From Alphaproteobacteria bacterium (GTDB lineage: Bacteria; Pseudomonadota; Alphaproteobacteria; JAGOMX01), in assembly GCA_016742295.1 (NCBI GenBank), contig JACVCA010000001.1, forward strand, positions 1 to 30,805: a stretch of 30,805 nucleotides of DNA. Reading direction: 5' to 3'. The position numbers and the translations under genes were made by a program. A model generated the notes under the pieces. It was not told the origin of the DNA. It saw nothing but the letters and a program-made list of their open reading frames with translations, and did not search any database. Below are positions 8,476 to 17,917 of the stretch, piece by piece. Within the stretch, counting starts at the first letter, position 1. Each line of letters begins with the position of its first letter.

Positions 8476-9352
8476 CAGCTGCAGCCTGCACAAAAAGGGC
8501 CCGCTCATAAATTCTGCGGCGTGACACACCTGTGGTTGTAGCTACAAGCTCAACAGCATCACGCAAAGATTTTTGCTCTAGTACTATTTTTAAAAGTTCA
8601 TCTAAGTCTTGATCTTTACGAGGCTGAGGGCCGCCTGCATCAAGCAAAACAACAATCTCGCCTTTAGGAGCCCCATGTGTAGCATAAAAATTGATTAATC
8701 CTTGCAATTGATCTTTACGAATTTCTTCAAATTTCTTGGTTAATTCACGTGCTACAACGGCTTGACGGTTGCCAAATACAGTCATCATATCTGTAAGAGA
8801 ATCACTTAAACGGCGCGCTGATTCAAAAAAAATGAGGGTGCCGGGAACTCCTAGAAGGTCTGAAAAAAACACTTGTCGTGCCTTAGATTTTGCCGGGGCA
8901 AAGCCTGCAAAATAAAAGCTATGAGTTGGTAAAGCTGAGAGTGTGAGTGCGGCCAGCACCGAGCAGGGTCCTGGCACGCAGACAACATGAAGTCCTTCTT
9001 CAACACAGTTACGTACAAGCTTATAACCCGGGTCAGAAATTAAAGGAGTCCCTGCATCGCTAACTAATGCAATACTTTGACCTTGTTTAAGAGCTTCGAT
9101 GATACGTGGTCTTACTTGTTCTGCATTATGATCATGATACGAAATTAAAGGGGTGTGAATTTGATGAATGGCTAAGAGCTTGCTTGTAACTCTTGTATCT
9201 TCGCAAGCAATCAAGTCTGCTTCTTTCAAAACTGATAGTGCTCTAAGGGTAATGTCTTCAGCATTTCCAATAGGGGTGGAAACAATGGAAAGCCTATTTG
9301 AACATTTTCCTTGATTCACGCGCATTTTATTCCTATTTTTAATCATCCACAT
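8462..9352 (-). CDS. rsmI: 16S rRNA (cytidine-1402-2'-O)-methyltransferase
   Basis: IVSTPIGNAEDITLRAL, ACEDTRVT, ALVSDAGTPLISDPGY, VVARELTKKFEE, KGEIVV. Real start may be the ATG at 9325. Confidence 0.96.
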   Translation of the reverse strand: MWMIKNRNKMRVNQGKCSNRLSIVSTPIGNAEDITLRALSVLKEADLIACEDTRVTSKLLAIHQIHTPLISYHDHNAEQVRPRIIEALKQGQSIALVSDAGTPLISDPGYKLVRNCVEEGLHVVCVPGPCSVLAALTLSALPTHSFYFAGFAPAKSKARQVFFSDLLGVPGTLIFFESARRLSDSLTDMMTVFGNRQAVVARELTKKFEEIRKDQLQGLINFYATHGAPKGEIVVLLDAGGPQPRKDQDLDELLKIVLEQKSLRDAVELVATTTGVSRRRIYERALFVQAAADEPS

Positions 9353-9373
9353 TTATAAAAAGCTGTTAACACG

Positions 9374-10609
9374 ATGCTCTTCCCCTCACTATACTTTTCT
9401 TATAGACCAATTTTAAATATGCTCTGCATAGTCTTACTGCCTTTTATATTAAGTAGTTGCGCAGGCTTAAAAATGGAAGATTCTGATCAAACTACCAAAA
9501 CTGCTGTGCAAAAAGCCCCACTTGCAAAATCTACTCTCAGAGAGCAAGCCTTTCGAGAGTCTGTAGGCAAAATCCGTGTTGCTATTTTGCTCCCCCTTAG
9601 CGGTTCACAAGCCAAGTTAGGTCAAGGTTTACTCAATGCAGCTCAGATGAGCGTCTTTGAGAATGCAGACGATAATTTTGAACTTTTAATATACGATACG
9701 AAAGGAAATGGTCCTTCTGCATTAAAAGCCGCACAAACTGCAATTGATAAAGGGGCGCAGATTATTCTTGGGCCTCTTTTCTCTCAAGAAGTCAAGCATG
9801 TAGCTCCTCACGCTGTCAAGTATGGAGTTCCTGTCATTAGCTTTTCGAATGATCAACAGATAGCAGGACACAGTATATTTACAATGGGCTTTAGTCCTAG
9901 CGAACAGATTCAACGTTTGATGGAAACTGCAAATTCGAGAGGATTAAATCGTGTTGCTGCTTTAATTCCTACCACCCCTTACGGAAAAATCTTACAAAGC
10001 CTTCTCGAAAAGCAAGCTGCAGAAAAAGCTGTTACTTTAACTACCGTGGCTGTGTATAAGCCAGGAATAACAGATTTTTCCGCACAAGCAAGTCAAATTA
10101 AAGCTTCTCATCCGCAAGCCCTGCTTATTCCAGAAGGAGGGAGGCAGTTGCAATTAATTGTCTCATCTTTACTTTATCATGATCTTAATCTTCACCAAAC
10201 TAAGCTTTTGGGAACTGGACAGTGGGATACTCCTGAAATTGCAGATAATGAAAACATTTTAGGGGGATGGTTTGTGGGCTCACCTCCTGAAAATCGGCAA
10301 CGCTTTGAACAAAGCTATCAGGCTATGTATAAGGAGAAGCCCTCCCGATTAGCAACCTTAGCTTATGATGCAGTTTCTCTGGCAGCTGTATTAGCGCGTA
10401 ATACAAAAACCTCCCCCTTTCAAATTTCCTTACTTACTCAACCACGAGGATTTGCAGGTATTGATGGCGTATTTCGCTTATTGCCTGATGGTACTGTTGA
10501 ACGAAAATTGGCTGTGCTTGAAGTTACTGAGAACGGTCTCCTCACCATAAGCCCTGCAGGAACAGGGTTTGAAAACTTATCTTACGACTCATTTCAAGAA
10601 CAGCGTTGA
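9374..10609 (+). CDS. Penicillin-binding protein activator-like lipoprotein (LppC / LpoA C-terminal-like periplasmic-binding fold)
   Basis: Lipobox LSSC, VAILLPLSG, YDTKG, ILGPLFS, PVISFSND, LAYDAV, GFAGIDGVFRLLPDGTVERKLAV; divergent from rsmI as expected. Confidence 0.88.
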   Translation: MLFPSLYFSYRPILNMLCIVLLPFILSSCAGLKMEDSDQTTKTAVQKAPLAKSTLREQAFRESVGKIRVAILLPLSGSQAKLGQGLLNAAQMSVFENADDNFELLIYDTKGNGPSALKAAQTAIDKGAQIILGPLFSQEVKHVAPHAVKYGVPVISFSNDQQIAGHSIFTMGFSPSEQIQRLMETANSRGLNRVAALIPTTPYGKILQSLLEKQAAEKAVTLTTVAVYKPGITDFSAQASQIKASHPQALLIPEGGRQLQLIVSSLLYHDLNLHQTKLLGTGQWDTPEIADNENILGGWFVGSPPENRQRFEQSYQAMYKEKPSRLATLAYDAVSLAAVLARNTKTSPFQISLLTQPRGFAGIDGVFRLLPDGTVERKLAVLEVTENGLLTISPAGTGFENLSYDSFQEQR

Positions 10610-10905
10610 TTTATTACCCAAGACGTGGCACTAAGAACCCAGATTCCAGTAAAAAAAAATAAGAGCAATACCCTATGAAATTATTTAAAGCACAATCACA
10701 ACTCTCATGGCTTTTGTTGAGAATGTAATAACTGTATGAATAAATTCAATACGTCACTATTGCAGTATGTAGTTTATTCGATCCTCTCAGATTTATTTAT
10801 CTCAAATAGAAACATTTTAACTGCTATGAGAGCATTCAACATGCTTTGTGGAGATTGTCAGTGGTAAATTGCTTAGCTTTGCAAACTTCAAAATTAGAGT
10901 TTAAA

Positions 10906-11811
10906 ATGCGCAATATTATGGAATGGTTTGTCAAAGCCAGCCTCTTTTGTTGTGTGGCTATCGCAATTCTTGTTACACTTGCAATCGTTTTATTAATGCT
11001 CATTGAGTCTATCCGATTTTTCAAGTTAATTCCCATCTCAGACTTTTTGTTTGGCTTACGTTGGGCGCCAGGGGCCCTCACAACCGAAGCACCTCTAGGC
11101 TATTTTGGAATAGTTCCATTATTTCTAGGGACTTTTTTAATTACTCTTATTGCAATGGGTATAGCTATTCCATTGGGCCTATTTTCAGCAATCTATTTAT
11201 CTCAATATGCTAGTGGCCAGGTACGCACCATTGTCAAACCTATACTCGAAATCTTGGCAGGTATTCCAACAGTGGTCTATGGATTTTTTGCTGTCATTGC
11301 AGTTTCCCCTTTGCTTCATGATGTAGGAACATACCTGGGGTTGTCAATTTCCTCAGAGAGTGCTTTAGGTATAGGAATTGTAATGGGGATCATGATTACA
11401 CCCTACATTGCTTCACTTTCTGATGATGTCTTAGCCTCTATTCCTGGCGCTATAAGAGATGGATCTTTGGCTTTAGGCGCAACTTTCTCAGAAAGCATCA
11501 AAAGAGCGATTCTACCTGCTGCATTTCCTGGAATTATGGCAGCAATCTTACTCGCAATCTCACGAGCAATTGGCGAAACCATGGTTGTGGTGATGGCAGC
11601 AGGTTACTCTGCAAGGCTTACCGCTAACCCTTTCGATGCAGTTACGACTGTAACAGTCCAAATTGTAAGCCTTTTAACTGGCGATCAAGCTTTTGATAAT
11701 CCAAAGACATTAGCAGCCTTTGCACTGGGGTTAACCCTTTTCTTCATCACATTACTTTTAAACCTTATGGCCATTCGGATTGTTCGTCACTATCGAGAAA
11801 AGTATGACTGA
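10906..11811 (+). CDS. pstC: Phosphate ABC transporter permease PstC
   Basis: FLFGLRWAP, PILEILAGIPTVVYGFFA, GSLALGAT, SRAIGETMVVVMAAG, GDQAFDNPKTLAAFALGL. ATG at 10906 preferred to the TTG at 10846. Confidence 0.95.
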   Translation: MRNIMEWFVKASLFCCVAIAILVTLAIVLLMLIESIRFFKLIPISDFLFGLRWAPGALTTEAPLGYFGIVPLFLGTFLITLIAMGIAIPLGLFSAIYLSQYASGQVRTIVKPILEILAGIPTVVYGFFAVIAVSPLLHDVGTYLGLSISSESALGIGIVMGIMITPYIASLSDDVLASIPGAIRDGSLALGATFSESIKRAILPAAFPGIMAAILLAISRAIGETMVVVMAAGYSARLTANPFDAVTTVTVQIVSLLTGDQAFDNPKTLAAFALGLTLFFITLLLNLMAIRIVRHYREKYD

Positions 11812-13093
11812 GAAATCATCGCAACATCCTTCGAATTTCCTAACTTCCAAACAGCTCCATAAACGTCGTAAAGCTGAGCAAAGATTTAAAGCTTATGGTA
11901 TTTCCACAATTATAATCGTGATATCTGTGCTTTTACTGTTATTGACAGGAATCATTTTTAAAGGCTATTCGGCATTCACCAAAACTGAAATTGCTTTGGA
12001 GATCTTCTACGATCCTAAAGTTTTTAAAGAAAGTATCCCAAAAGCAATCTTGAAAATGAGGGATACGGGGTCTTTAATCAGAAGAGCCTTACAAAAAGAA
12101 TTTCCTGATATTAAAGACTCCGACGAAATTAGGAAAGCTCTGCAACTCATAAGTCCTAATGCTAGAATTTCTTTAATACGAAAGGTTGTTGAAGATCCCA
12201 GATTGATTGGCACTACACGCCTCACGTGGGTTTCGGCCTCAGATAATATCAACCTATTCATCAAAAAACCTCAACAGAGAAAACTTCCCGCTTATCAACG
12301 TCAACTTGATGATCAGAAAATTGCCTGGATTGACCAATTGAGAGAGAGAAAAAAGCTGCGTCAACGCTTTAATGTACAGTTTTTTACAAACGGTGATTCT
12401 CGAGAACCTGAGCAAGCGGGGATTTTAGGCGCTCTTATGGGATCATTTTATACAATGCTTGTCACTCTGCTGCTAGCATTTCCCATTGGTATTGGAGCTG
12501 CCATCTATCTTCAAGAATTTGCTGGGAAAAGTCGTCTCATTTCTTTACTTGAACTTAATATCAGTAACCTTGCTGCCGTCCCTTCAATCATATTTGGATT
12601 ATTGGGACTCGCTGTTTTTCTTAACTTTATGGATTTTCCCAGATCTTCTGCTTTAGTGGGAGGGATGACTTTGTCATTGATGACAATGCCCATCATCATC
12701 CTTGCAGCACGCGCAGCCATACAAGCTGTTCCAAGCTCTATTCGTGAGGCTGCGGAAGGGTTAGGCGCTTCTCGAGTCCAGTTAGTTTTTCATCATATTG
12801 TCCCTCTCGCGATGCCCGGCATCCTCACGGGAACAATTTTAGGAATGGCACGCGCTCTTGGAGAGAGTGCTCCGCTTTTGATGATAGGCATGGTTGCGTT
12901 TGTCGTTGATATTCCTCATACACCTTTAGATCCTACAACCGTTCTGCCGGTACAAATTTTTAGTTGGCTTCGCAATCCAGAACAAGGATTTATTGAAAAT
13001 ACAGCAGCAGCTATTATGGTATTACTCTTGTTTTTAATTTTAATGAACCTCGCAGCTATTGTATTTCGTAAGCGTTTTGACCATAAATGGTAG
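11804..13093 (+). CDS. pstA: Phosphate ABC transporter permease PstA (with DUF3333-type insertion)
   Basis: RRKAEQRFKAYG, FFTNGDSREPEQAGI, NISNLAAVPSIIFGLLG, ARALGESAPLL, VLPVQIF. ATG overlaps the pstC stop (ATGACTGA). Confidence 0.95.
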   Translation: MTEKSSQHPSNFLTSKQLHKRRKAEQRFKAYGISTIIIVISVLLLLLTGIIFKGYSAFTKTEIALEIFYDPKVFKESIPKAILKMRDTGSLIRRALQKEFPDIKDSDEIRKALQLISPNARISLIRKVVEDPRLIGTTRLTWVSASDNINLFIKKPQQRKLPAYQRQLDDQKIAWIDQLRERKKLRQRFNVQFFTNGDSREPEQAGILGALMGSFYTMLVTLLLAFPIGIGAAIYLQEFAGKSRLISLLELNISNLAAVPSIIFGLLGLAVFLNFMDFPRSSALVGGMTLSLMTMPIIILAARAAIQAVPSSIREAAEGLGASRVQLVFHHIVPLAMPGILTGTILGMARALGESAPLLMIGMVAFVVDIPHTPLDPTTVLPVQIFSWLRNPEQGFIENTAAAIMVLLLFLILMNLAAIVFRKRFDHKW

Positions 13094-13105
13094 GTACATC
13101 AAATT

Positions 13106-13879
13106 ATGTCATTTAAGAGCAGAAAAATTAAATTTTCAATTTCCGATCTTAGCCTTTTCTATGGTGATAAGCAGGCTTTATTTGGTGTTGACTTAGATAT
13201 CCTCGAACAGGAAGTCACAGCTCTAATCGGGCCATCGGGATGTGGTAAATCCAGTTTCTTACGTTGTTTGAATCGGATGAATGATAAAATTGATAATATT
13301 CAAATTAAAGGCCAAATTGCACTAGATGGAATGGATATATACGACCGATCGCTTGATATTGTCCGGCTACGCGCTAGGGTTGGAATGGTGTTTCAAAAAC
13401 CCAATCCTTTTCCAAAATCTATATTTGACAATGTAGCCTATGGTCCACGTATTCATGGAATGGCAAATAATGCTAAGGACCTTGATGCGATCGTTCACAA
13501 GAGCTTGCAACGAGCCGGTTTATGGGATGAAGTCAAAGATCGGCTAGATAATCCGGGTACTGGTCTTTCAGGAGGACAACAACAGCGTCTTTGCATTGCC
13601 CGTGCAATTGCTGTAAATCCTGAAGTGATTTTAATGGATGAACCTTGCTCTGCACTTGATCCTATTGCGACTGCAAAAGTAGAAAAATTAATCGATGAAT
13701 TGCGTGAAAAATTGACCATTGTAATAGTTACCCACAATCTACAACAAGCGGCACGTGTGTCACAAAAAGTAGCATTTTTTCATATGGGGAAAATTGTTGA
13801 AGCTGGAGATACTGCTGAAATCTTTACCAACCCTAAAGATGAACGTACGCAAGATTATCTTACCGGACGGTATGGCTAA
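13106..13879 (+). CDS. pstB: Phosphate ABC transporter ATP-binding protein
   Basis: [72 protein letters not shown]. Confidence 0.98.
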   Translation: MSFKSRKIKFSISDLSLFYGDKQALFGVDLDILEQEVTALIGPSGCGKSSFLRCLNRMNDKIDNIQIKGQIALDGMDIYDRSLDIVRLRARVGMVFQKPNPFPKSIFDNVAYGPRIHGMANNAKDLDAIVHKSLQRAGLWDEVKDRLDNPGTGLSGGQQQRLCIARAIAVNPEVILMDEPCSALDPIATAKVEKLIDELREKLTIVIVTHNLQQAARVSQKVAFFHMGKIVEAGDTAEIFTNPKDERTQDYLTGRYG

Positions 13880-13914
13880 TACTCTAAACGTAGATTTAAG
13901 GAAAGGAAGCACAA

Positions 13915-14604
13915 ATGAGCTCAAATCATATTGTAAAATCATATGATGAAGATCTAAATTACCTTAATCATCAGATTACTGATATGGGGCAGTTAGTTAT
14001 TTCGCAATTAAAAGCTGCTATCCAAGCGGTGATGAGTCAAGACATTACAATTGCGACCGTAGTTATTGAGAAAGATCCCCTGGTTGATGCTTTTGAAAAT
14101 GAAATTGATACTGTAGCCGTACGAACGATTGCCTTAAGGCAACCAGTAGCTGGAGATTTACGCAGTGTGATTGCAGCTTTGAAAATTTCAAGCCATCTTG
14201 AACGTATTGCTGATTATGCAGCCAATATTTCGAGGCGTGCAATCTCACTTTCAGAGGTTACAAAGTTTCCACCTATGAGTCCTGTACCGCGTATGGCTTT
14301 AGTTGCTGAAAGCATGATCAACGACGTTTTGAATGCTTATACTGCGCGCGATGATGATAAAGCCTTGGCGGTTTGGAAACGAGATGCAGAATTAGATGAT
14401 ATGTATGTAAGCTTTTTAAGAGAGCTTCTGACTTATATGATGGAAGACCCTCGTAATATCGGTCCTTGCACTCAGCTTTTATTTGTTGCTAAAAATATTG
14501 AGCGGATTGGAGACCATGCTACTAACATTGCTGAAATGGTTCACTATATGGTCTCAGGCTTACCATTTAAAGAGCCGAGACCAATCGGCAATAGAGATGC
14601 CTAA
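13915..14604 (+). CDS. phoU: Phosphate signalling protein PhoU
   Basis: HIVKSYDEDL, IALRQPVAGDLR, LERIADYAANI, RELLTYMMEDPRNI, KNIERIGDHATNIAE; purine-rich SD upstream. Confidence 0.97.
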   Translation: MSSNHIVKSYDEDLNYLNHQITDMGQLVISQLKAAIQAVMSQDITIATVVIEKDPLVDAFENEIDTVAVRTIALRQPVAGDLRSVIAALKISSHLERIADYAANISRRAISLSEVTKFPPMSPVPRMALVAESMINDVLNAYTARDDDKALAVWKRDAELDDMYVSFLRELLTYMMEDPRNIGPCTQLLFVAKNIERIGDHATNIAEMVHYMVSGLPFKEPRPIGNRDA

Positions 14605-14738
14605 AAGTATAGATTCTTTTTTAGATCTTCATCCCTCTAAAGCTTTAAGGTCATTTCTAAACTTACTTCTGCCTTATTATACCTAGGAGAGGTATACCGT
14701 CTATTATTTCATTACCAAAGAGTTTATAAGGTTTTTTT

Positions 14739-15587
14739 ATGTTATCTTTAAATTCCTCCCATATTTCACTTGCTGCAGCGAGCCTTGCCGTTTTCATTTG
14801 GGTTATCAGCATAGCCGTCATAAAAGGAGTTCTTTATGAACTTAATTTTTTCTTTTATTTATTTATACGATTTGGTTCTACTTCTCTTATTTTAGCACTT
14901 CCTCTTTATAAGGCGTTAAAAAAAAGAGTTAAACTTAAGAGATATTTTATAGTTTTATTTTTGTGTAGTGCAGCGCTACACGTTCCACTTCAAACTTTAG
15001 CAATTAAAGTCAGCTCTATTTCTTGGTACATCTCCTTTATGGCTTTTAGCCCTTTGTGTGTAACAATTTTCTCAGGGATTTTAAATAAGCATACTTTCTT
15101 TACACTCATTATTGGTATTATAGGTGTATTGTGTTTTACAAACCCGAGTGAACTTAACACTTTCCCTCATATCTACGAAATTGCAGCGCTGCTTGCTTCC
15201 CTTGGTACTTGGACGCTTTTGACAACTTTAATAAAAAAAATAAATTTTACTTACAGTGATTTAGAGATTGCATCTTTGGTTAGTTTTGGAGGATTCTTAG
15301 GGTCTTTTATTATTTTTACCTCACAAAGATTTCCCTTCCAAGCCCTTAATTTAACCTTATCTATCAAGCTCCTTTTTTTAATAATAGGCTCTCCAGTAGC
15401 ATACTGGCTCTTCTCTTTTGGAATTAGGAGCAATCCTTTTATGGCCATCATGAGTCAATATATGGAGTTTATTTTTGGTATCTTGATAGGATTCTTTTGG
15501 TTTCAAGAAAGTCATCTAATAATTCAATGGATTGGATGTTTTTTTATTTTTGTCTCTTTAATTTTAACTCAAAATATCAAGAAATAA
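14739..15587 (+). CDS. EamA/DMT-family membrane transporter (divergent)
   Basis: 282 aa, about ten hydrophobic segments in two halves, motifs FIRFG, IIGIIGV, FGILIGFFWFQE...QWIGCFFIFVSLI typical of the DMT fold. Confidence 0.72.
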   Translation: MLSLNSSHISLAAASLAVFIWVISIAVIKGVLYELNFFFYLFIRFGSTSLILALPLYKALKKRVKLKRYFIVLFLCSAALHVPLQTLAIKVSSISWYISFMAFSPLCVTIFSGILNKHTFFTLIIGIIGVLCFTNPSELNTFPHIYEIAALLASLGTWTLLTTLIKKINFTYSDLEIASLVSFGGFLGSFIIFTSQRFPFQALNLTLSIKLLFLIIGSPVAYWLFSFGIRSNPFMAIMSQYMEFIFGILIGFFWFQESHLIIQWIGCFFIFVSLILTQNIKK

Positions 15588-15654
15588 TCTTGCCGCTTAG
15601 ATAAAGCCATGCTAGGCGTAACTAAATTGTACCATATAATAGGAGAAGCCCTTA

Positions 15655-16788
15655 ATGACTTCAGCAATTCTACCTGAACACCACATTATCCTTTTATTTA
15701 TTTTAATAGGCTGCGCCTATTTAGGCCTATTATCTGAAAAAGTCCCTTATTTATCTCGAATTTCAGGGGTTTTTGTGACTATGTTTTTAGCCTCCCTATT
15801 ATCAAATACACAGATTATCCCACATGAAGCCCCTATCTATGATATAGTCTGGCAATATTTTATCCTGCTTTCTATCCCTTTTATTCTTATGCGTGCTCAT
15901 TTAAAAACGATCATTTCTCAAAGTGGTCCGACATTCACCGCATTTATTATAGGTGCCATAGGGACGATTATTGGATCTATTCTAGCATTCTTACTCATAT
16001 CAATTGGGGAGGAGACTTGGAAAATTGTATCTATGTTTTGTGCCTCTTATATCGGAGGGAGTATCAACTATGTGGCCACTTCAAAAGTACTTGATCTTCA
16101 AAATCAAAATCTATTTTTTGCAGGAAATGCTGCAGATAATGTGGTAATGGCATGTTATTTTTCAATCTTAGGAATCATGAGTTCTCATCCTTTCTTCCTG
16201 CGCCTTTTCAAAAATAAAAATAAAATTTTCCCTACTCCTTCTCTTATTATGCCTGTAACTTCATCTCTTAGTTTGAAAGATTTACTACTCACTCTATTTA
16301 TAAGCACTGGCATCTATAGCCTTTCCTTCTTAATAGGAAAGTTTATTAACGTGAAGGGTACAGAGATTCTTATCGTCACGCTTTTGGTTATTTTTCTAGT
16401 TAATAGTTATCCACGCTTTGTGAAAAAACTTATTCCCTATGAAATTATTGGGTTTATGCTCTTACACATTTTTTTTGCAGTTATTGGAGCAAGTGCAAAC
16501 GTCGTACTTGCAATTCAAGTCGCTCCTAAAATTATTCTGATCGCCTTCGTTATTGTCTTTGTCCACCTCTTGTGGCTCATTTTTTGGGGACGCTGGCTAA
16601 AGATTGGACTGAGAGAGTTGATTATCGCCAGTAATGCTAATATTGGTGGGCCTGCAACCGCAGCTGCAATGGCAACATCCAAACAATGGCCAGATCTTGT
16701 TGTTCCTGGAATTTTATGCGGAACATTTGGATATGCAATTGCAACCTTTATTGGATCAATGCTTAAGTATGTTTTGGAGATTTTTTAG
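15655..16788 (+). CDS. DUF819-family integral membrane protein
   Basis: ASYIGGSINY, AADNVVMA, FFAVIGASA, IASNANIGGPATAAAMA, PGILCGTFGYAIATFIG; AGGAG SD 9 nt upstream. Confidence 0.85.
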   Translation: MTSAILPEHHIILLFILIGCAYLGLLSEKVPYLSRISGVFVTMFLASLLSNTQIIPHEAPIYDIVWQYFILLSIPFILMRAHLKTIISQSGPTFTAFIIGAIGTIIGSILAFLLISIGEETWKIVSMFCASYIGGSINYVATSKVLDLQNQNLFFAGNAADNVVMACYFSILGIMSSHPFFLRLFKNKNKIFPTPSLIMPVTSSLSLKDLLLTLFISTGIYSLSFLIGKFINVKGTEILIVTLLVIFLVNSYPRFVKKLIPYEIIGFMLLHIFFAVIGASANVVLAIQVAPKIILIAFVIVFVHLLWLIFWGRWLKIGLRELIIASNANIGGPATAAAMATSKQWPDLVVPGILCGTFGYAIATFIGSMLKYVLEIF

Positions 16789-16790
16789 TA

Positions 16791-17789
16791 ATGGCTTCCT
16801 TTCCCTCGACGCGCTTAAGACGTCTTCGTCAAAGTTCCGCTATTCGTGACTTGGTTAAAGAAACAAGACTTCATAAAAACCAATTGGTTTATCCTCTTTT
16901 TATAAAAGAAGGGATCTCCGAGCCTATTCCTATTGCATCAATGCCAGGTTATAAGCAGCTAAGTCTGAATTGCCTTAAAGAAGAAATAAAAGAAATTGAA
17001 GCTTTAGGAATTAAGAATATTATTCTTTTCGGCATCCCAGCTCTTAAAGATACACAAGGCTTATCGGCGTGTAGAGAAGATGGAATTGTCCAAAAAGCAA
17101 TTCAACAAATCAAAATTCTTGCGCCTCATCTTTTGCTCATCGTAGATCTCTGTTTCTGCCAATATACTGATCATGGCCATTGTGGGATAATCAATCTTCA
17201 TAACGGAAGCATAGACGTTGATAATGACTTAACCTTAGATATGCTAAAGATACAGGCTATTAGCTTGGCTAAAGCAGGCGCAGATGTTATAGCTCCAAGC
17301 GGAATGATGGATGGAATGGTTGCTGCTGTACGTGAAGCTCTTGACCAAGAAGGATACTACCATATTCCCATTATAAGTTACGGCGTTAAATATGCTTCAG
17401 CCCTCTATGGTCCTTTTCGCCAGGCAACAGAAGGAAAATACTTTGCTGGTAGCCGCAAATCCTACCAAATGGATTTATCAAATGGTCAGGAAGCACTTCG
17501 AGAAGCTGCTCTTGACATTGGAGAAGGGGCAGACATATTAATGGTCAAGCCCGGGCATACCTATCTTGATATCTTATACCGAATTAAACAAGCTTTCCCA
17601 TCCATTCCTTTGGCCGTTTATCATACCAGTGGAGAATATAGTATGATCAAAGCAGCTGCTGAAAAGGGTTGGATTGATGAAAAGCAAGTAATTTTAGAAG
17701 TTATGTCTTCTTTTCAGCGCGCAGGAGCAAATATCATTATAACATATTTTGCCAAAAACGTAGCTCAATGGCTAAAAGAAGATAATTAA
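16791..17789 (+). CDS. hemB: Porphobilinogen synthase (ALA dehydratase), Zn-binding type
   Basis: RLRRLR, DLCFCQYTDHGHCG, APSGMMDG, KYASALYGPFR, EGADILMVKP, AVYHTSGEYSMIKAA. Confidence 0.98.
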   Translation: MASFPSTRLRRLRQSSAIRDLVKETRLHKNQLVYPLFIKEGISEPIPIASMPGYKQLSLNCLKEEIKEIEALGIKNIILFGIPALKDTQGLSACREDGIVQKAIQQIKILAPHLLLIVDLCFCQYTDHGHCGIINLHNGSIDVDNDLTLDMLKIQAISLAKAGADVIAPSGMMDGMVAAVREALDQEGYYHIPIISYGVKYASALYGPFRQATEGKYFAGSRKSYQMDLSNGQEALREAALDIGEGADILMVKPGHTYLDILYRIKQAFPSIPLAVYHTSGEYSMIKAAAEKGWIDEKQVILEVMSSFQRAGANIIITYFAKNVAQWLKEDN

Positions 17790-17917
17790 TTTTCTTGAAT
17801 TTTTCAGAATACGGTTTCCAATTCTACTCCTTAAACTGTCGACACTAAAGATTAAAAATGTTAGTAAAGTCACAGATTTTGAGTCGAGTCATACTTTATT
17901 ACAATTAAGAGTCTTTG

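Noticed and set aside
10720-10770. PHO box upstream of pstC
   Set aside because: Half-site-like words (ATGTAAT, CTGTATG, ACGTCAC) are not in the required 11-bp register on either strand.
14678-14696. Palindrome TATACCT-AGGAG-AGGTATA upstream of EamA
   Set aside because: Only a 7-bp stem; the AGGAG loop is too far from the ATG at 14739 to be its SD, and there is no U-tract.
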